Shown here: positions 29,544 through 39,745 of the stretch, in pieces
Layout: each line of letters starts with the position of its first letter
Numbering within the stretch: the first letter of the stretch is position 1
NCBI GenBank assembly: GCA_040219085.1
Contig: JAVJTC010000020.1
Location: 208,317 to 272,316, forward strand
DNA length: 64,000 bases
Direction: 5' to 3'
DNA from: Acidimicrobiales bacterium
GTDB taxonomy: Bacteria; Actinomycetota; Acidimicrobiia; Acidimicrobiales; JAVJTC01
The notes under the pieces: model-generated
The model's input: the letters and a program-made list of their open reading frames with translations, nothing else
Databases searched by the model: none
Told to the model about the DNA's origin: nothing
Program-made: the position numbers and the translations under genes

Positions 29544-29579
29544 GCGGTGGCCGCCTCCCCGCAGGAAGACGGCCACCGC
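29544..29579. terminator. GC-rich hairpin between convergent genes (GCGGTGGCCG-16 nt-CGGCCACCGC)
   Basis: Perfect 10-bp stem between the cysM stop (29480) and the stop of the convergent 5'-nucleotidase gene (29620). TCAATTCTG follows on the + strand. Confidence 0.5.
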
Positions 29580-29619
29580 TCAATTCTGATGCCAGCGGCC
29601 GGAGCCGCCACGAGGCCGA

Positions 29620-31470
29620 TCAGCCGGCGAAGGCCGGGCCGCCACCACCGCCGCCATTGTCGCCACCACTGTCGCCGTCGTCGCCTCCGTCGTCGATCAC
29701 ACCGGTGAACTCCTCGGTGTTGATGCGATCGGTGGCGCCGAGCGGGTAGTCGGCGGCCGAGATGACGCCACCGAGACCCTCGGAGACGTAGTTGGCCAGC
29801 GCGGCCTGGTAGCTGACACCCAGCGCAGTCGACTCGTAGTCGCCGAAGGGGTAGCAGTCGCCGCCGCGGGCGAGGAAGTCGATGGTCGCGATGGTCACGT
29901 CGGGACCGGGCACGACCTGGCCGTCGGTGACGATGGCCTCGCCGCCGATGACGAGATCCCGCACACGCGAGCCCTCGTTGCCGACGAGTTCGCAGGCGCC
30001 GTCACGGTTGATCTCACGGGCCGGCTGGTTCGGGTCGACGAACAGCGACACCGTGTCGGAGACCTGGGCGAACTGGCCGTCGATCTCCGGCAGGTTGTCG
30101 TAGGCCTGCTCGAACGCGAGCTTCACGACCTCGCGGGGGACCGTCACGACTGTCACGAAGTTGGCGAACGGAGCCACGCTGAACGAGTCCAACTCGCTGA
30201 ACGGGCCGGCGGGGAGGATCGAGTCGTTGCGGATACCGCCACCGTTCTGGACGGCGAGATCGGGGACAGGCACGCCGAAGTCGGCTGCGACCTGGGTGGC
30301 CTGCCACAGCAGGGCGTCGGCGAGGAGGCTGCCCTCGTTGGCCTGCATGCCCCGCACGCTGGAGCGGCGCCCGTCGAGGTCCACCTGGCTGACGGCGAGA
30401 GTGTTGGCGCTGAGATCGGCCAGTGCGTCGGTCAGCGGAAGGATCACGTCGTTGACGATGGCCGCGTTACCCGGGAAGTCCACGGGAACGAGAATCGACT
30501 CGCCCGACCAGCCGGTCAGCACGCCGTCGCCGTCGAAGTGGAGCTCGAGCTCGCCGATGCAGCGGTATCCACCGGGGCCGGTGACGATCGGAACCGTCGC
30601 GCCGGTGGAGTCGGAGGCGAGCAGCGGGTAGGGCCCGGCCGGCTCCTCATCGATGACACAGGTGTCGCCCTCGTTGCGGAGGTTGTCATCGCCGCCGCCG
30701 GCGATGGCGACGTCGATCCCCTCGAGCATCGGCACGAGCGCGATGTCCTCGGCGACCGACTGGAGGTGGGCGATGAGGATGATCTTGTTGACGCCGGCTG
30801 CTTCGAGCTTGGCGACCTCGGCCTGGATGGCGGGGACCACGGCGTCGACCATGACGTTGCGGGGGCTCGAGATGTTCGGCAGCTCCGGTGTGGTCGCACC
30901 GATGATCCCGACGTACTCGCCGCCGGTCATCACCATCGTGGACTTGGCGATGCGCCCGGATGCGGCGAGAGCGGCCAGAGACGGCTCACCCGACACGTCG
31001 AGGTTGGCCGACAGGAACGGGAAGGAGGTGTCCGAGAACCCGCCGATGAACGCTGCGAGGTCGTCGGGTCCGAAGTCGAACTCGTGGTTGCCGATGGCCA
31101 TCGCGTCGTAGTTGCCGTAGGAAAGTGCGATCGAGTCGAAGTACGGCGGGCCGGCCTGCTGGCTCACCGACAGCGACGGCGACGCGAGGAGGTTGTCACC
31201 GGACGTGACCGTCACCAGGCCGTCGGTCGTCGCGCTCGACTGCAGGTAGTTGAGGTAGGCGATGAACGACGCCACGCCGGGGAATCCGCCCTCGACGTCC
31301 TTGACGAGCTTTGACTCGCCGTCGTTGTGATGCAGGACGGTCACCGAGAAGTCGCCGTCCGCGGCGTCAGCCGACTGGGTGTTGGCGATCGCGAACACGG
31401 CTGCGATCAACGCGGCGGCCGTGACAGCGGCGAGCGCGCGCTTCCATAGGTCTGGGAATGTCTGGGTCAT
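29620..31470 (-). CDS. Secreted bifunctional metallophosphatase/5'-nucleotidase
   Basis: Signal peptide ..AIANTQSADA. Calcineurin-like motifs LHHNDGES and GNHEFDFG. 5'-nucleotidase C-domain. Ends in a Gly/Asp tail DDGGDDGDSGGDNGGGGGGPAFAG. ATG 31470 chosen. Confidence 0.85.
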   Translation of the reverse strand: MTQTFPDLWKRALAAVTAAALIAAVFAIANTQSADAADGDFSVTVLHHNDGESKLVKDVEGGFPGVASFIAYLNYLQSSATTDGLVTVTSGDNLLASPSLSVSQQAGPPYFDSIALSYGNYDAMAIGNHEFDFGPDDLAAFIGGFSDTSFPFLSANLDVSGEPSLAALAASGRIAKSTMVMTGGEYVGIIGATTPELPNISSPRNVMVDAVVPAIQAEVAKLEAAGVNKIILIAHLQSVAEDIALVPMLEGIDVAIAGGGDDNLRNEGDTCVIDEEPAGPYPLLASDSTGATVPIVTGPGGYRCIGELELHFDGDGVLTGWSGESILVPVDFPGNAAIVNDVILPLTDALADLSANTLAVSQVDLDGRRSSVRGMQANEGSLLADALLWQATQVAADFGVPVPDLAVQNGGGIRNDSILPAGPFSELDSFSVAPFANFVTVVTVPREVVKLAFEQAYDNLPEIDGQFAQVSDTVSLFVDPNQPAREINRDGACELVGNEGSRVRDLVIGGEAIVTDGQVVPGPDVTIATIDFLARGGDCYPFGDYESTALGVSYQAALANYVSEGLGGVISAADYPLGATDRINTEEFTGVIDDGGDDGDSGGDNGGGGGGPAFAG

Positions 31471-31569
31471 GTTTGCGAAACCTAATACATCTTCGGCGTC
31501 GGGGCGAGGGTTCCGCGGTTGCCGGCGCGCACGGGTACCGTCTGCGCCCGGACAGAGGGAAGGAACCAC

Positions 31570-32307
31570 GTGAGATCAGACGGCAGGAACCCTGACGAAC
31601 TGCGACCGATCAGGTTCGTGCGCGACTACACCGAGATGGCGATGGGCTCGGTGCTCGTCGAGTTCGGACGGACCCGGGTGCTGTGTACCGCCTCGGTGGA
31701 AGAGGACGTGCCGCGCTGGATGCGGGGGACCCAGAAGGGCTGGGTGACCGCGGAGTACTCGATGTTGCCCGGCGCCACACCCGACCGCACGAACCGGGAG
31801 GTCCGCTCGGGTCGTCCGTCGGGACGGACCCAGGAGATCCAGCGACTCATCGGCCGCTCGCTGCGCGCGGTGTGTGACATGGAGAAGCTGGGGGAGCGTC
31901 AGGTCGTGTTGGACTGCGACGTGCTCCAGGCCGACGGCGGCACCCGCACGGCGTCCATCACGGGTGCATGGGTCGCGCTGCACGACGCCCTGACCCGTCT
32001 CGTCCAGGACGGTCGTATCCCACGTCACCCGCTCACCGACCACTGCGCGGCCGTCTCGGTGGGCATCGTGGGGGGCCAGCCGATGCTGGACCTGCCCTAC
32101 GTCGAGGACGCCGGGGCCGACGTGGACATGAACGTCGTCATGACCGGGTCGGGTTCGTTCATCGAGGTCCAGGGCACCGCCGAGGCCGACCCCTTCGACC
32201 GGGCGAAGCTCGATCAGATGCTGGACCTCGCCGGTACCGGCATCGCGCGGATCGTCGAGATGCAGTCCGCGGTCGTCGACGTCGCGCCACCGCCGCGCGT
32301 CACCTGA
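31570..32307 (+). CDS. rph: Ribonuclease PH
   Basis: [50 protein letters not shown] 31570 follows GGGAAGGAA. Confidence 0.95.
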   Translation: MRSDGRNPDELRPIRFVRDYTEMAMGSVLVEFGRTRVLCTASVEEDVPRWMRGTQKGWVTAEYSMLPGATPDRTNREVRSGRPSGRTQEIQRLIGRSLRAVCDMEKLGERQVVLDCDVLQADGGTRTASITGAWVALHDALTRLVQDGRIPRHPLTDHCAAVSVGIVGGQPMLDLPYVEDAGADVDMNVVMTGSGSFIEVQGTAEADPFDRAKLDQMLDLAGTGIARIVEMQSAVVDVAPPPRVT

Positions 32308-32314
32308 TCGGGCC

Positions 32315-32941
32315 GTGACCGGCACCGGCCAGCCGGCGATCGTCGCAGCGACGGCGAATCCGGCCAAGCTCGAGGAACTGCGACTCGCGCTCGCCCGTAC
32401 CGGCCTGGAGTTGACGCTGACCGCCCGCCCTGCGGACCTCGGTGACGTCGTGGAGGACGCGGACAGCCTCGCCGGCAACGCCCGGCTGAAGGCCGAGGCA
32501 GTGCGCGCCCACACCGGGGAGACTGCCATGGCCGACGACACCGGACTGTTCGTCGACGTCCTCGGTGGTCGCCCGGGCGTGCACTCCGCGCGCTTCGCAG
32601 GGCCGGACGCGACCGATGCGGACAACGTCGCCCTCCTCCTCGCGGAGATGGATCGTGCCGGGCGTCCGAACCGAGCGGCGCGGTTCCGCACCGTCCTGGT
32701 CGTCGCGACCGCCGATGGCCGCGAACTGGTCGTCGAAGGTGTGACCGAGGGCACCATCGCGCACACCGCCCGCGGGACCAACGGGTTCGGGTACGACCCC
32801 GTCTTCGTGCCGGCCGGTGGCGGCGGAGCCACCTACGCAGAGCTACCGGCGGCCGAAAAGGACCGGATCGGACACCGGGGGAGAGCGGTGCGGGCCCTCG
32901 CCGGACAACTCGGTGCGTTCCTCGACGGTGGCGGGAACTGA
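32315..32941 (+). CDS. rdgB: Non-canonical purine NTP pyrophosphatase RdgB/HAM1
   Basis: [40 protein letters not shown]. Follows rph as usual. Confidence 0.92.
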   Translation: MTGTGQPAIVAATANPAKLEELRLALARTGLELTLTARPADLGDVVEDADSLAGNARLKAEAVRAHTGETAMADDTGLFVDVLGGRPGVHSARFAGPDATDADNVALLLAEMDRAGRPNRAARFRTVLVVATADGRELVVEGVTEGTIAHTARGTNGFGYDPVFVPAGGGGATYAELPAAEKDRIGHRGRAVRALAGQLGAFLDGGGN

Positions 32942-32973
32942 CGACACGCATGCCTCGGGCCCTGCCATTCCGG

Positions 32974-33058
32974 TGCGCCAGGTGGGAATCGAACCCACAC
33001 GGGCGTTAGCCCACAGGGTCCTAAACCCTGCGCGTCTGCCTGATTCCGCCACTGGCGC
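32974..33058 (-). tRNA. tRNA-Leu (anticodon TAG)
   Basis: Cloverleaf read by hand: acceptor GCGCCAG/CTGGCGC, anticodon arm CAGGG-TTTAGGA-CCCTG, long variable arm, T-arm GTGGG-TTCGATT-CCCAC. 85 nt. Confidence 0.93.
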
Positions 33059-33098
33059 CGGTCGGGCGATGGTACTCGCGCCGTTAGCATCGAAGGCG

Positions 33099-33704
33099 AT
33101 GACCACACCACCTGTGACCCCACCCCTCGTCGCCCAGGGCGGCAACCTCCAGAGCCCCGGCTTCGACATCTACCGCGAGCTCCTCGGCGTCCGGATCGTC
33201 TTCCTCGGGACGGACGTGAACGACGAGGTCGCGAACCTCATCACCGCCCAGCTCCTGCACCTCGAGGGTCAGGATCCCGACAAGGACATCTGGCTCTACA
33301 TCAACTCGCCGGGCGGCTCGGTGACCGCCGGCATGGCCATCTACGACACGATGCAGTTCGTCAAGCCCGACGTCGGCACCATCTGCATGGGGCTGGGCGC
33401 ATCGATGGGCCAGTTCCTCTTGTCGGCCGGCGCCCCCGGCAAGCGCTACGCGCTTCCCCACGCCCGGATCCTCATGCACCAGCCGTTGGGCGGCATCCAG
33501 GGCCAGGCCTCCGATATCGCCATCCAGGCCGAGCAGATGGCCTACGTCAAGAAGCTCCTCGCCGAGCGCATCGCGTTCCACACCGGTCAGGACATCGAAC
33601 AGATCGAGGCGGACTCCGACCGGGACCGCTGGTTCACGGCCGAACAGGCGATGGAGTACGGCATCGTGGACCACGTGATCGTGCGCCGCGGCGAGATGCT
33701 CTGA
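33099..33704 (+). CDS. clpP: ATP-dependent Clp protease proteolytic subunit
   Basis: [19 protein letters not shown], catalytic Ser in [11 protein letters not shown], His in [12 protein letters not shown] 33099 chosen within the longer listed ORF. Confidence 0.95.
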   Translation: MTTPPVTPPLVAQGGNLQSPGFDIYRELLGVRIVFLGTDVNDEVANLITAQLLHLEGQDPDKDIWLYINSPGGSVTAGMAIYDTMQFVKPDVGTICMGLGASMGQFLLSAGAPGKRYALPHARILMHQPLGGIQGQASDIAIQAEQMAYVKKLLAERIAFHTGQDIEQIEADSDRDRWFTAEQAMEYGIVDHVIVRRGEML

Positions 33705-33720
33705 GCAGACCCCGGGGCGG

Positions 33721-34146
33721 TCAGGCCGGCTCGAGCGGCCCGGCCTCGTCAGGCGTGGGCGTCGGCGTGGCCACCTGCGGACGCCGCAGGTCGAGCCCGC
33801 ACGTCCTGGCCGTGTACTCGGTCAATTCGGCCGCCAGGTCAGTCACCTCCTGAGCGCGCGTCGAGAGGATCTCGCGCGCCGTCGCGTCGTCCGGCGCATC
33901 GCGGACCTCCTCGAACAGCAGGCGCGTCCTGTCGATGACCTCGTCGATCTCGTCGGGGGCGAGGCGTCCCAGCGCCTTGAGGTCCTCCACCGCTCCCGAG
34001 ATGTCGCCGCTCGTGTCGATGACGTCGGCCCGCCGGTTGACCTCGTCACAGAAGGCGCTCGGGTCGCCGCCGTCGCCCCCGCTGCAGGCTCCGCCGATCA
34101 GGGTGATCGCGACGAGGGGGCCGACCCATCGTGCAGTTCTGCGCAC
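33721..34146 (-). CDS. Lipoprotein of unknown function
   Basis: GTG 34146. Signal peptide with lipobox LIGGAC. 141 aa, acidic helical-looking domain, Pro/Thr C-terminus. Confidence 0.6.
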   Translation of the reverse strand: MRRTARWVGPLVAITLIGGACSGGDGGDPSAFCDEVNRRADVIDTSGDISGAVEDLKALGRLAPDEIDEVIDRTRLLFEEVRDAPDDATAREILSTRAQEVTDLAAELTEYTARTCGLDLRRPQVATPTPTPDEAGPLEPA

Positions 34147-34154
34147 GCTGACGG

Positions 34155-34856
34155 TCAGGCTCGCGCCGCGGCCTCGGCGCGCGTCCGCAGGTCGTCCACC
34201 TTCGCCGTCAGCGCGTCGGGCGAAGAGCCGTCGGTGAACAGGGCGCTGCCCGCCACGAGGACGTTCGCTCCAGCCGAGACCGCGCCGCCGATGGTGGCGG
34301 GACCGATCCCGCCGTCGACCTCGATGTCGACGTCGAGACCACGGTCGACGATCATGGCGCGCAGTTCGGCGATCTTGGGTTCCATCGTCTCGATGTAGGC
34401 CTGCCCCCCGAAGCCGGGATTGACGGTCATCACCAGGACCATCTCCACCAGGTCCAGGACGTGGGCGACATCGCTGATGGGCGTGGACGGGTTGAGCGCG
34501 ACCCCGGCCCCCGCTCCCGCTTCGCGGATCAGCCCGAGGGTCCTGTGCAGGTGCCGGGTGGACTCTGCGTGGATCAACAGCAGATCGCAACCCGCCTCGA
34601 TGTAGCGGTGGGCGAGGTTCTCGGGGTCCACTACCATCAGGTGGGCCTCGAAGCGCACCGAGACGTGGTCACGGGTGGCTGCGATGACATCGGGGCCGAA
34701 GGTCAGGTTCGGAACGAACACGCCGTCCATGACGTCCCACTGGATGCGGTCGACGCCGGCCTTCTCGAGCGCCGCGCACTCCTCGCCGAGGCGGGCGAAG
34801 TCCGCGGGCAGTACCGACGGGACGATCTCGATGGGGCGGCTGGTGGCTGTGTCCAT
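34155..34856 (-). CDS. rpe: Ribulose-phosphate 3-epimerase
   Basis: IVPSVLPADFARLGEE, WDVMDGVFVPNLTFG, HLMVVDP, MTVNPGFGGQAYI. ATG 34856 chosen. Confidence 0.94.
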   Translation of the reverse strand: MDTATSRPIEIVPSVLPADFARLGEECAALEKAGVDRIQWDVMDGVFVPNLTFGPDVIAATRDHVSVRFEAHLMVVDPENLAHRYIEAGCDLLLIHAESTRHLHRTLGLIREAGAGAGVALNPSTPISDVAHVLDLVEMVLVMTVNPGFGGQAYIETMEPKIAELRAMIVDRGLDVDIEVDGGIGPATIGGAVSAGANVLVAGSALFTDGSSPDALTAKVDDLRTRAEAAARA

Positions 34857-34892
34857 GACGGCGATGACACTACCCGCCGTACCCTGCGCCGG

Positions 34893-36110
34893 GTGGAGCA
34901 TGCCGATGAGATCGACGTCGAGACATCGGGCATCGCAGCCGGTGGTGCAGGTGTCGCCCGATTGGTCGACGGAATGGTCGTGTTCGTCGACGGTGCGCTC
35001 CCCGGCGAGCGGGTCAGGGTCCACATCGACGAGCGCAGGCGCCGCCACGGTCGCGGACATGTGCTGGAGGTGCTCGACGCTTCGCCGTTGCGTGTGCCGT
35101 CACCGTGCCTCCACGGGGACCGGGGATGCGGCGGCTGCGACTGGCTCCACGTGGCACCGTCGGGCCAGGAGGGCCTCCGCGCTGCGATCGTACGCGACGC
35201 GCTCGAGCGGATCGGGCGCCTCGAGGTCCCCGAGATCCGCGTGGGGGAGGATTCCGCTCCGGGAGGTGGCCACCGGACAACCGTCCGCGCGGCGGTCGCC
35301 GGCGGCCGTGCGGGTATCCGGCACCGGGGGAGCCACGAACCCGTCCGGCACGACTCGTGCCTGGTCGCCCACCCTCTCGTCGAGGAGGTGCTCGTCGACG
35401 GGCGCTTCGGTGACGCGTCCGGTGTGGTCATCCGGGCGGGTGCGCGCACCGGCGAACGCATGGTGATCGTCTCACCGCGGGCCGAGGAGGTGTCGGTGCC
35501 CTCTGACGTCGTTGTGGTCGGCGACGACGAACTGCGTGCCGGTCGGCGTGTCTGGATCCATGAGGAGGTCGCCGGTCGGAGGTGGCGGATCTCGGGCCGC
35601 TCGTTCTTCCAGTCCAACCCGGCGGCCGCCGACCATCTCGTGGAGATCGTGGCCGCTGCCGTCGCCGGGGCCGGTCCGGGGGCGCTGGTGGATCTCTACG
35701 CGGGTGTCGGACTGTTCGCCGGAACCGTGGGCGACGGTCGTGAGGTCGTCGCAGTCGAGCGGAGTGCGTCCTCGGTCGCCGACCTCCGGGTCAATCTCGC
35801 CGGACGGTCCCCGGCGCCGACGATCGTGCGGGTTCCGGTCGAGGACTGGACCGCGTCGCCCGCAGGTGTCGTCGTGGCCGACCCGGCCCGCGAGGGTCTG
35901 GGGAAGGCGGGGGCGCGGGCGGTGCTCGCAGCCGCGGCCGGTCGCATCGTCCTCGTGTCCTGCGATGCCGGTGCACTGGGCCGCGACGCCCGCCTGTTGG
36001 TCGACGGCGGTTACCGACTGGTCTCGGTCGAGCTCGTGGGAATGTTCGGCTTCACATCCAACGTCGAGGTCGTGACGGTGTTCGATCGCCTCGACCCCGG
36101 TGGCGACTAG
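34893..36110 (+). CDS. TRAM-domain class I SAM-dependent RNA (uracil-5) methyltransferase, RlmCD/TrmA family
   Basis: TRAM-like N-terminus (GGAGVARLVDGMVVFVDGALPGERVRVHI), Cys cluster CLHGDRGCGGCDW, FFQSN, DLYAGVGLF, VADPAREG. Start GTG 34893 is uncertain. Confidence 0.8.
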   Translation: MEHADEIDVETSGIAAGGAGVARLVDGMVVFVDGALPGERVRVHIDERRRRHGRGHVLEVLDASPLRVPSPCLHGDRGCGGCDWLHVAPSGQEGLRAAIVRDALERIGRLEVPEIRVGEDSAPGGGHRTTVRAAVAGGRAGIRHRGSHEPVRHDSCLVAHPLVEEVLVDGRFGDASGVVIRAGARTGERMVIVSPRAEEVSVPSDVVVVGDDELRAGRRVWIHEEVAGRRWRISGRSFFQSNPAAADHLVEIVAAAVAGAGPGALVDLYAGVGLFAGTVGDGREVVAVERSASSVADLRVNLAGRSPAPTIVRVPVEDWTASPAGVVVADPAREGLGKAGARAVLAAAAGRIVLVSCDAGALGRDARLLVDGGYRLVSVELVGMFGFTSNVEVVTVFDRLDPGGD

Positions 36111-36120
36111 CGTTCAGCTG

Positions 36121-37107
36121 ATGGCCCGACTCCTCGTGACCGGTGGCGCCGGCTACATCGGCAGCCACACCGTGCGTGCGCTGCGTGCCGCCGACCACGA
36201 CGTGGTGGTACTGGACGACCTGCGCGACGGACGGGCCGAGTTCGTCCCCGACGACGTCGACCTGGTCGAGGCGGCAACCGGTGACCGGGCGGCGGTCAAG
36301 GCGGTGCTCGGGGGCCGGGGCCCCTTCGACGGGGTACTGCACTTCGCTGCGAGCATCAGCGTCGGTGACTCGGTCACGAGTCCGCTCGCCTACTGGCGCA
36401 ACAACGTCGCGGACTGCCTGACCCTGGTGGAGGAGACCATCGCCGCCGGGGTCGACGCCTTCGTCTTCTCGTCCACCGCGGCGGTCTACGGCCACCCCGA
36501 CGTGCAGCCCATCGCAGAGGACGCGCCCGTTCGCCCCATCAACCCCTACGGGTCGACCAAGGCGGCCGTCGAACGGTTCCTCGCCGAGGCCCGCTCGGCC
36601 GGGCTGTTGCGATCCATCGCACTGAGGTACTTCAACGCCTGCGGAGCGCATCCCGACGGCGGGATCGGCGAGGCGCACGACCCGGAGACCCATCTCATCC
36701 CGCTGGCTCTGGCGGCCGTCGCCGGGGACCGCCCGGCCCTGAAGCTGTTCGGTACGGACTATCCGACGCGTGACGGCACGTGTGTTCGGGATTACATCCA
36801 CGTCGTCGATCTGGCGAGCGCGCACGTGGTCGCGGTCGAGGCACTGATGCAGGGACACGGTGGAGGTGCCTACAACTGCGGGACCGGCGTCGGCACCACG
36901 AACAGGGAGGTCCTCGACGCCGTGGCCGAGGTGGCGGGTCGCCAGGTCCCCGTCGAGGACGCCGAGCGCCGTGCGGGTGACCCAGCCGAGCTCAGGGCGG
37001 ACCCGACGAGGTTCAGTGCGGAGTTCGGGTGGGAGCCCACCATGTCGGATCTCGAGACGGTGGTCTCCACTGCGTGGGACTGGTACCGCGAGCTGCGCAC
37101 GGCCTGA
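36121..37107 (+). CDS. galE: UDP-glucose 4-epimerase
   Basis: LVTGGAGYIGSH Rossmann motif and catalytic YGSTK. 328 aa. Confidence 0.92.
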   Translation: MARLLVTGGAGYIGSHTVRALRAADHDVVVLDDLRDGRAEFVPDDVDLVEAATGDRAAVKAVLGGRGPFDGVLHFAASISVGDSVTSPLAYWRNNVADCLTLVEETIAAGVDAFVFSSTAAVYGHPDVQPIAEDAPVRPINPYGSTKAAVERFLAEARSAGLLRSIALRYFNACGAHPDGGIGEAHDPETHLIPLALAAVAGDRPALKLFGTDYPTRDGTCVRDYIHVVDLASAHVVAVEALMQGHGGGAYNCGTGVGTTNREVLDAVAEVAGRQVPVEDAERRAGDPAELRADPTRFSAEFGWEPTMSDLETVVSTAWDWYRELRTA

Positions 37108-37135
37108 CGGGCGCAGCGGCCGTGCCCCGGGGTCT

Positions 37136-38941
37136 TCAGACGTCGGGAGAAGCCTTCGGGTCGAAACGCAGTGACTCGGGGTAGGGGTAGAACGTCGGCA
37201 CGAGCCCCTCGGCGTGGCGCTGTTGCATCGAGCGCCAGAACGTCGTGGTGAACAGTTCCTCGTGCTCCGCCGCGAAGGCCTTCGCCACCACCGGCGGGTA
37301 CCGCAGGTAGGTGGCGAGCTCCTCGGGGAAGACGTCGAGCGGGTCGACGGCGAACCACGGCTGGCTGGACATCTCGTCGGCGTAGTCCGGCGCGGGAGGG
37401 ATGTCGCGGAAGCGGATGTCCTCGAGCAAGGACAGTTCGTCGTAGTCGTAGAAGACGACCTTGTCGTGGCGCGTCACGCCGAAGTTCTTCGGCAGCAGGT
37501 CACCGGGGAAGATGTTGGCCGACGCGAGCTCGCGCACGGCCCGACCGAAGTCGACGGCGGCCGCCCAGGTCGCCTCGTCGTCCATCTCCGACAGGTACAG
37601 ATCCAACGGGTACACGCGGCGCTCCGTGTACACGTGAGACAGGGCGACGTCGTGTTCGGTGATCTCGACGGTGCGGCCACACTCGGCGCGGAGCTCCTCG
37701 AGTAACTCCGGCGTGAAGCGTTCACGGGGCAGCGTGATGTTCTCGAACTCCTGGGCGTCGACGAGACGCCCGACCCGGTCGTGGGTGAACACCAGCCTGT
37801 AGCGCCGCTTGACCTCGTCGCGGGTGGTGGTCTTCGTGGGTGAGAACTCGTCCTTGATGATCTTGAACACGACGTCGAAGGAGGGGAGCGTGAAGACCGT
37901 CATCACCATCCCCTTGGTCCCGCGTGCGGGTTCGAACCGTGTGTTCGAGTGTTCGAGGTGGCGGGCCAGCGCACGGAACAGGTTCGTCTTGCCGTGCTGG
38001 GGGAAACCGAGGGCCGAGTAGAGCTCCGCCACCGGCTTGGCCGGCAACATCGACTTCACGAAGGCGACGACACCCGCCGGGCGGCGGCACCGGACGTGGA
38101 AGTAGGAGCGGGTGTACCCGAACAGTCGGCTGGCGGTCGCCTCGTCGAGCAGCGCCGCGTCGACGCGCACCCCCTCCGACGACGACAGCAGCGGCAGGAT
38201 GAACGGGGAGAGCCGGTTGAGCCACCGCACCCTGCCGACCAGGTACGCCCCCTTGTTGCGGTAGAAGACCGGGCGGAGCATGTCGATCGCGTCGATGGCG
38301 TCCCACTGCCCCGCGAAGCGGTCGTGGAGCCGTTCGGCGACGAGACGGGCGTCACGGTCGATGTCGGTGAAGTGGTCGGCGATGGTCGATTCGGCGAGAG
38401 TCGCCCGTACGCAGCTCTCGAGAGATGAGCCGAGCGGATAGCGGCGGAGTTCCGAGCCCAGCGAATCCACCGGAGGCAGCTCGGTCGCGCCGAGCCACAG
38501 GAACTCGAGATCGGGGTCGATGCCGACGATGTCGAAGATCCGCCTGGTCACCGAGTTGTAGGTGGTCTCCGCCAGTTCGAAGTCGGCTCGGGTCGCGACC
38601 ATGCGGATGTAGCGCCGGCGCACCTCGATCCAGATCGACCGGGCGGTCGAGTCGTCGAGCGTGGCGAGCGACCGGCCGGCCGATCCGACGAGATCGCTCA
38701 CCATCTCCTCGTGCAGGACCAGCCGCTCGTCCGCGTCGTGCTGGTGGCCGCGCCAGTCGCAGCCCAGAAACCGCCGCTGCGCCCGATCTGTCACCTCGAA
38801 GAACCGGTCGTGATACCGGGCGAAGCCTTCGAACAGGGAGAGGGCGAGACGCCCCGCGAGGACGTCGGTCGGTTCCTCTGCGGTGGTGGGGGTGCCGATG
38901 TTCACGCCCCCGAGCGTTGCAGCCGTCGGCGTCGCGTGCAT
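37136..38941 (-). CDS. aceK: Isocitrate dehydrogenase kinase/phosphatase homologue
   Basis: Collinear with E. coli AceK along its full length as I recall it. Examples: GTKGMVMTVFTLPSFDVVFKIIKDEF, HDRVGRLVDAQEFEN, ANIFPGDLLPKNFGVTRHDKVVFYDYDE..FRDIPP, DVFPEE. 601 aa. Confidence 0.88.
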   Translation of the reverse strand: MHATPTAATLGGVNIGTPTTAEEPTDVLAGRLALSLFEGFARYHDRFFEVTDRAQRRFLGCDWRGHQHDADERLVLHEEMVSDLVGSAGRSLATLDDSTARSIWIEVRRRYIRMVATRADFELAETTYNSVTRRIFDIVGIDPDLEFLWLGATELPPVDSLGSELRRYPLGSSLESCVRATLAESTIADHFTDIDRDARLVAERLHDRFAGQWDAIDAIDMLRPVFYRNKGAYLVGRVRWLNRLSPFILPLLSSSEGVRVDAALLDEATASRLFGYTRSYFHVRCRRPAGVVAFVKSMLPAKPVAELYSALGFPQHGKTNLFRALARHLEHSNTRFEPARGTKGMVMTVFTLPSFDVVFKIIKDEFSPTKTTTRDEVKRRYRLVFTHDRVGRLVDAQEFENITLPRERFTPELLEELRAECGRTVEITEHDVALSHVYTERRVYPLDLYLSEMDDEATWAAAVDFGRAVRELASANIFPGDLLPKNFGVTRHDKVVFYDYDELSLLEDIRFRDIPPAPDYADEMSSQPWFAVDPLDVFPEELATYLRYPPVVAKAFAAEHEELFTTTFWRSMQQRHAEGLVPTFYPYPESLRFDPKASPDV

Positions 38942-38977
38942 GTCCGCGCGGGACGGTACTGCCGTAGTGTCGTTGTC

Positions 38978-39745
38978 GTGACGAGATCGATCGCCTTCGC
39001 GAACCAGAAGGGCGGCGTCGCGAAGACGACGTCGGTCGCCGCGCTCGCGGCGGCATTCGCGGAGCAGGGGTCATCCGTGCTCGTCGTGGACCTGGACCCC
39101 CAGGCGTCGCTCACGTACTCGCTCGGCGTGGACGGCGACGAGTTGGCGGCGACGGTCCACGACGTTCTCGTCGACGGCCGGCCCGTGGACGATGTGATCG
39201 TCGCGGAGGCCGACCACGGCGTGGATCTCGTTCCCGCCAACATCGACCTCGCAGGCGCCGAGGCGCAGCTCCTCACCCGGCCCGGCCGTGAGTACGGGCT
39301 GCGACGGGCGTTACGGCCGGTCGTGGACAATTACGACTTCGTCCTTGTGGACTGCCCCCCCAGCCTGGGGATCCTGACGATCAACGCGCTGACCGCGGTG
39401 GACGAGGTGATCATCCCCCTGCAGTGCGAGACGCTCGGCCTGCGCGGCGTCGGCCTGTTGTTGGAGACGATCGCCGACGTGCGCGAGTTCACCAACGCGG
39501 ACCTGGCGGTCACCGGCGTGGTGGCGACGATGTTCGACGCCCGTACGAATCTGGCTCACGAGGTGTTGGCACGGGTGCGCGAGGACCACGGGTTGAGTGT
39601 CATCGGGCCCCCCGTGCCGAAGTCGGTGCGCGCCGCAGAGGCGCCCGGAGTGGGGCGGTCGGTCCTGGGCCACGCCTCGTCGTCCAAGCCGGCGGCGGCC
39701 TACCGTGAGGTCGCGGCGGCGCTGTTGGCTAGGGGCGACGCATGA
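38978..39745 (+). CDS. ParA/MinD-family (deviant Walker A) ATPase
   Basis: IAFANQKGGVAKTTSVAALAAA, VVDLDPQASLT, DFVLVDCPPSLG. GTG 38978 chosen. No ParB-like gene is adjacent. Confidence 0.88.
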   Translation: MTRSIAFANQKGGVAKTTSVAALAAAFAEQGSSVLVVDLDPQASLTYSLGVDGDELAATVHDVLVDGRPVDDVIVAEADHGVDLVPANIDLAGAEAQLLTRPGREYGLRRALRPVVDNYDFVLVDCPPSLGILTINALTAVDEVIIPLQCETLGLRGVGLLLETIADVREFTNADLAVTGVVATMFDARTNLAHEVLARVREDHGLSVIGPPVPKSVRAAEAPGVGRSVLGHASSSKPAAAYREVAAALLARGDA

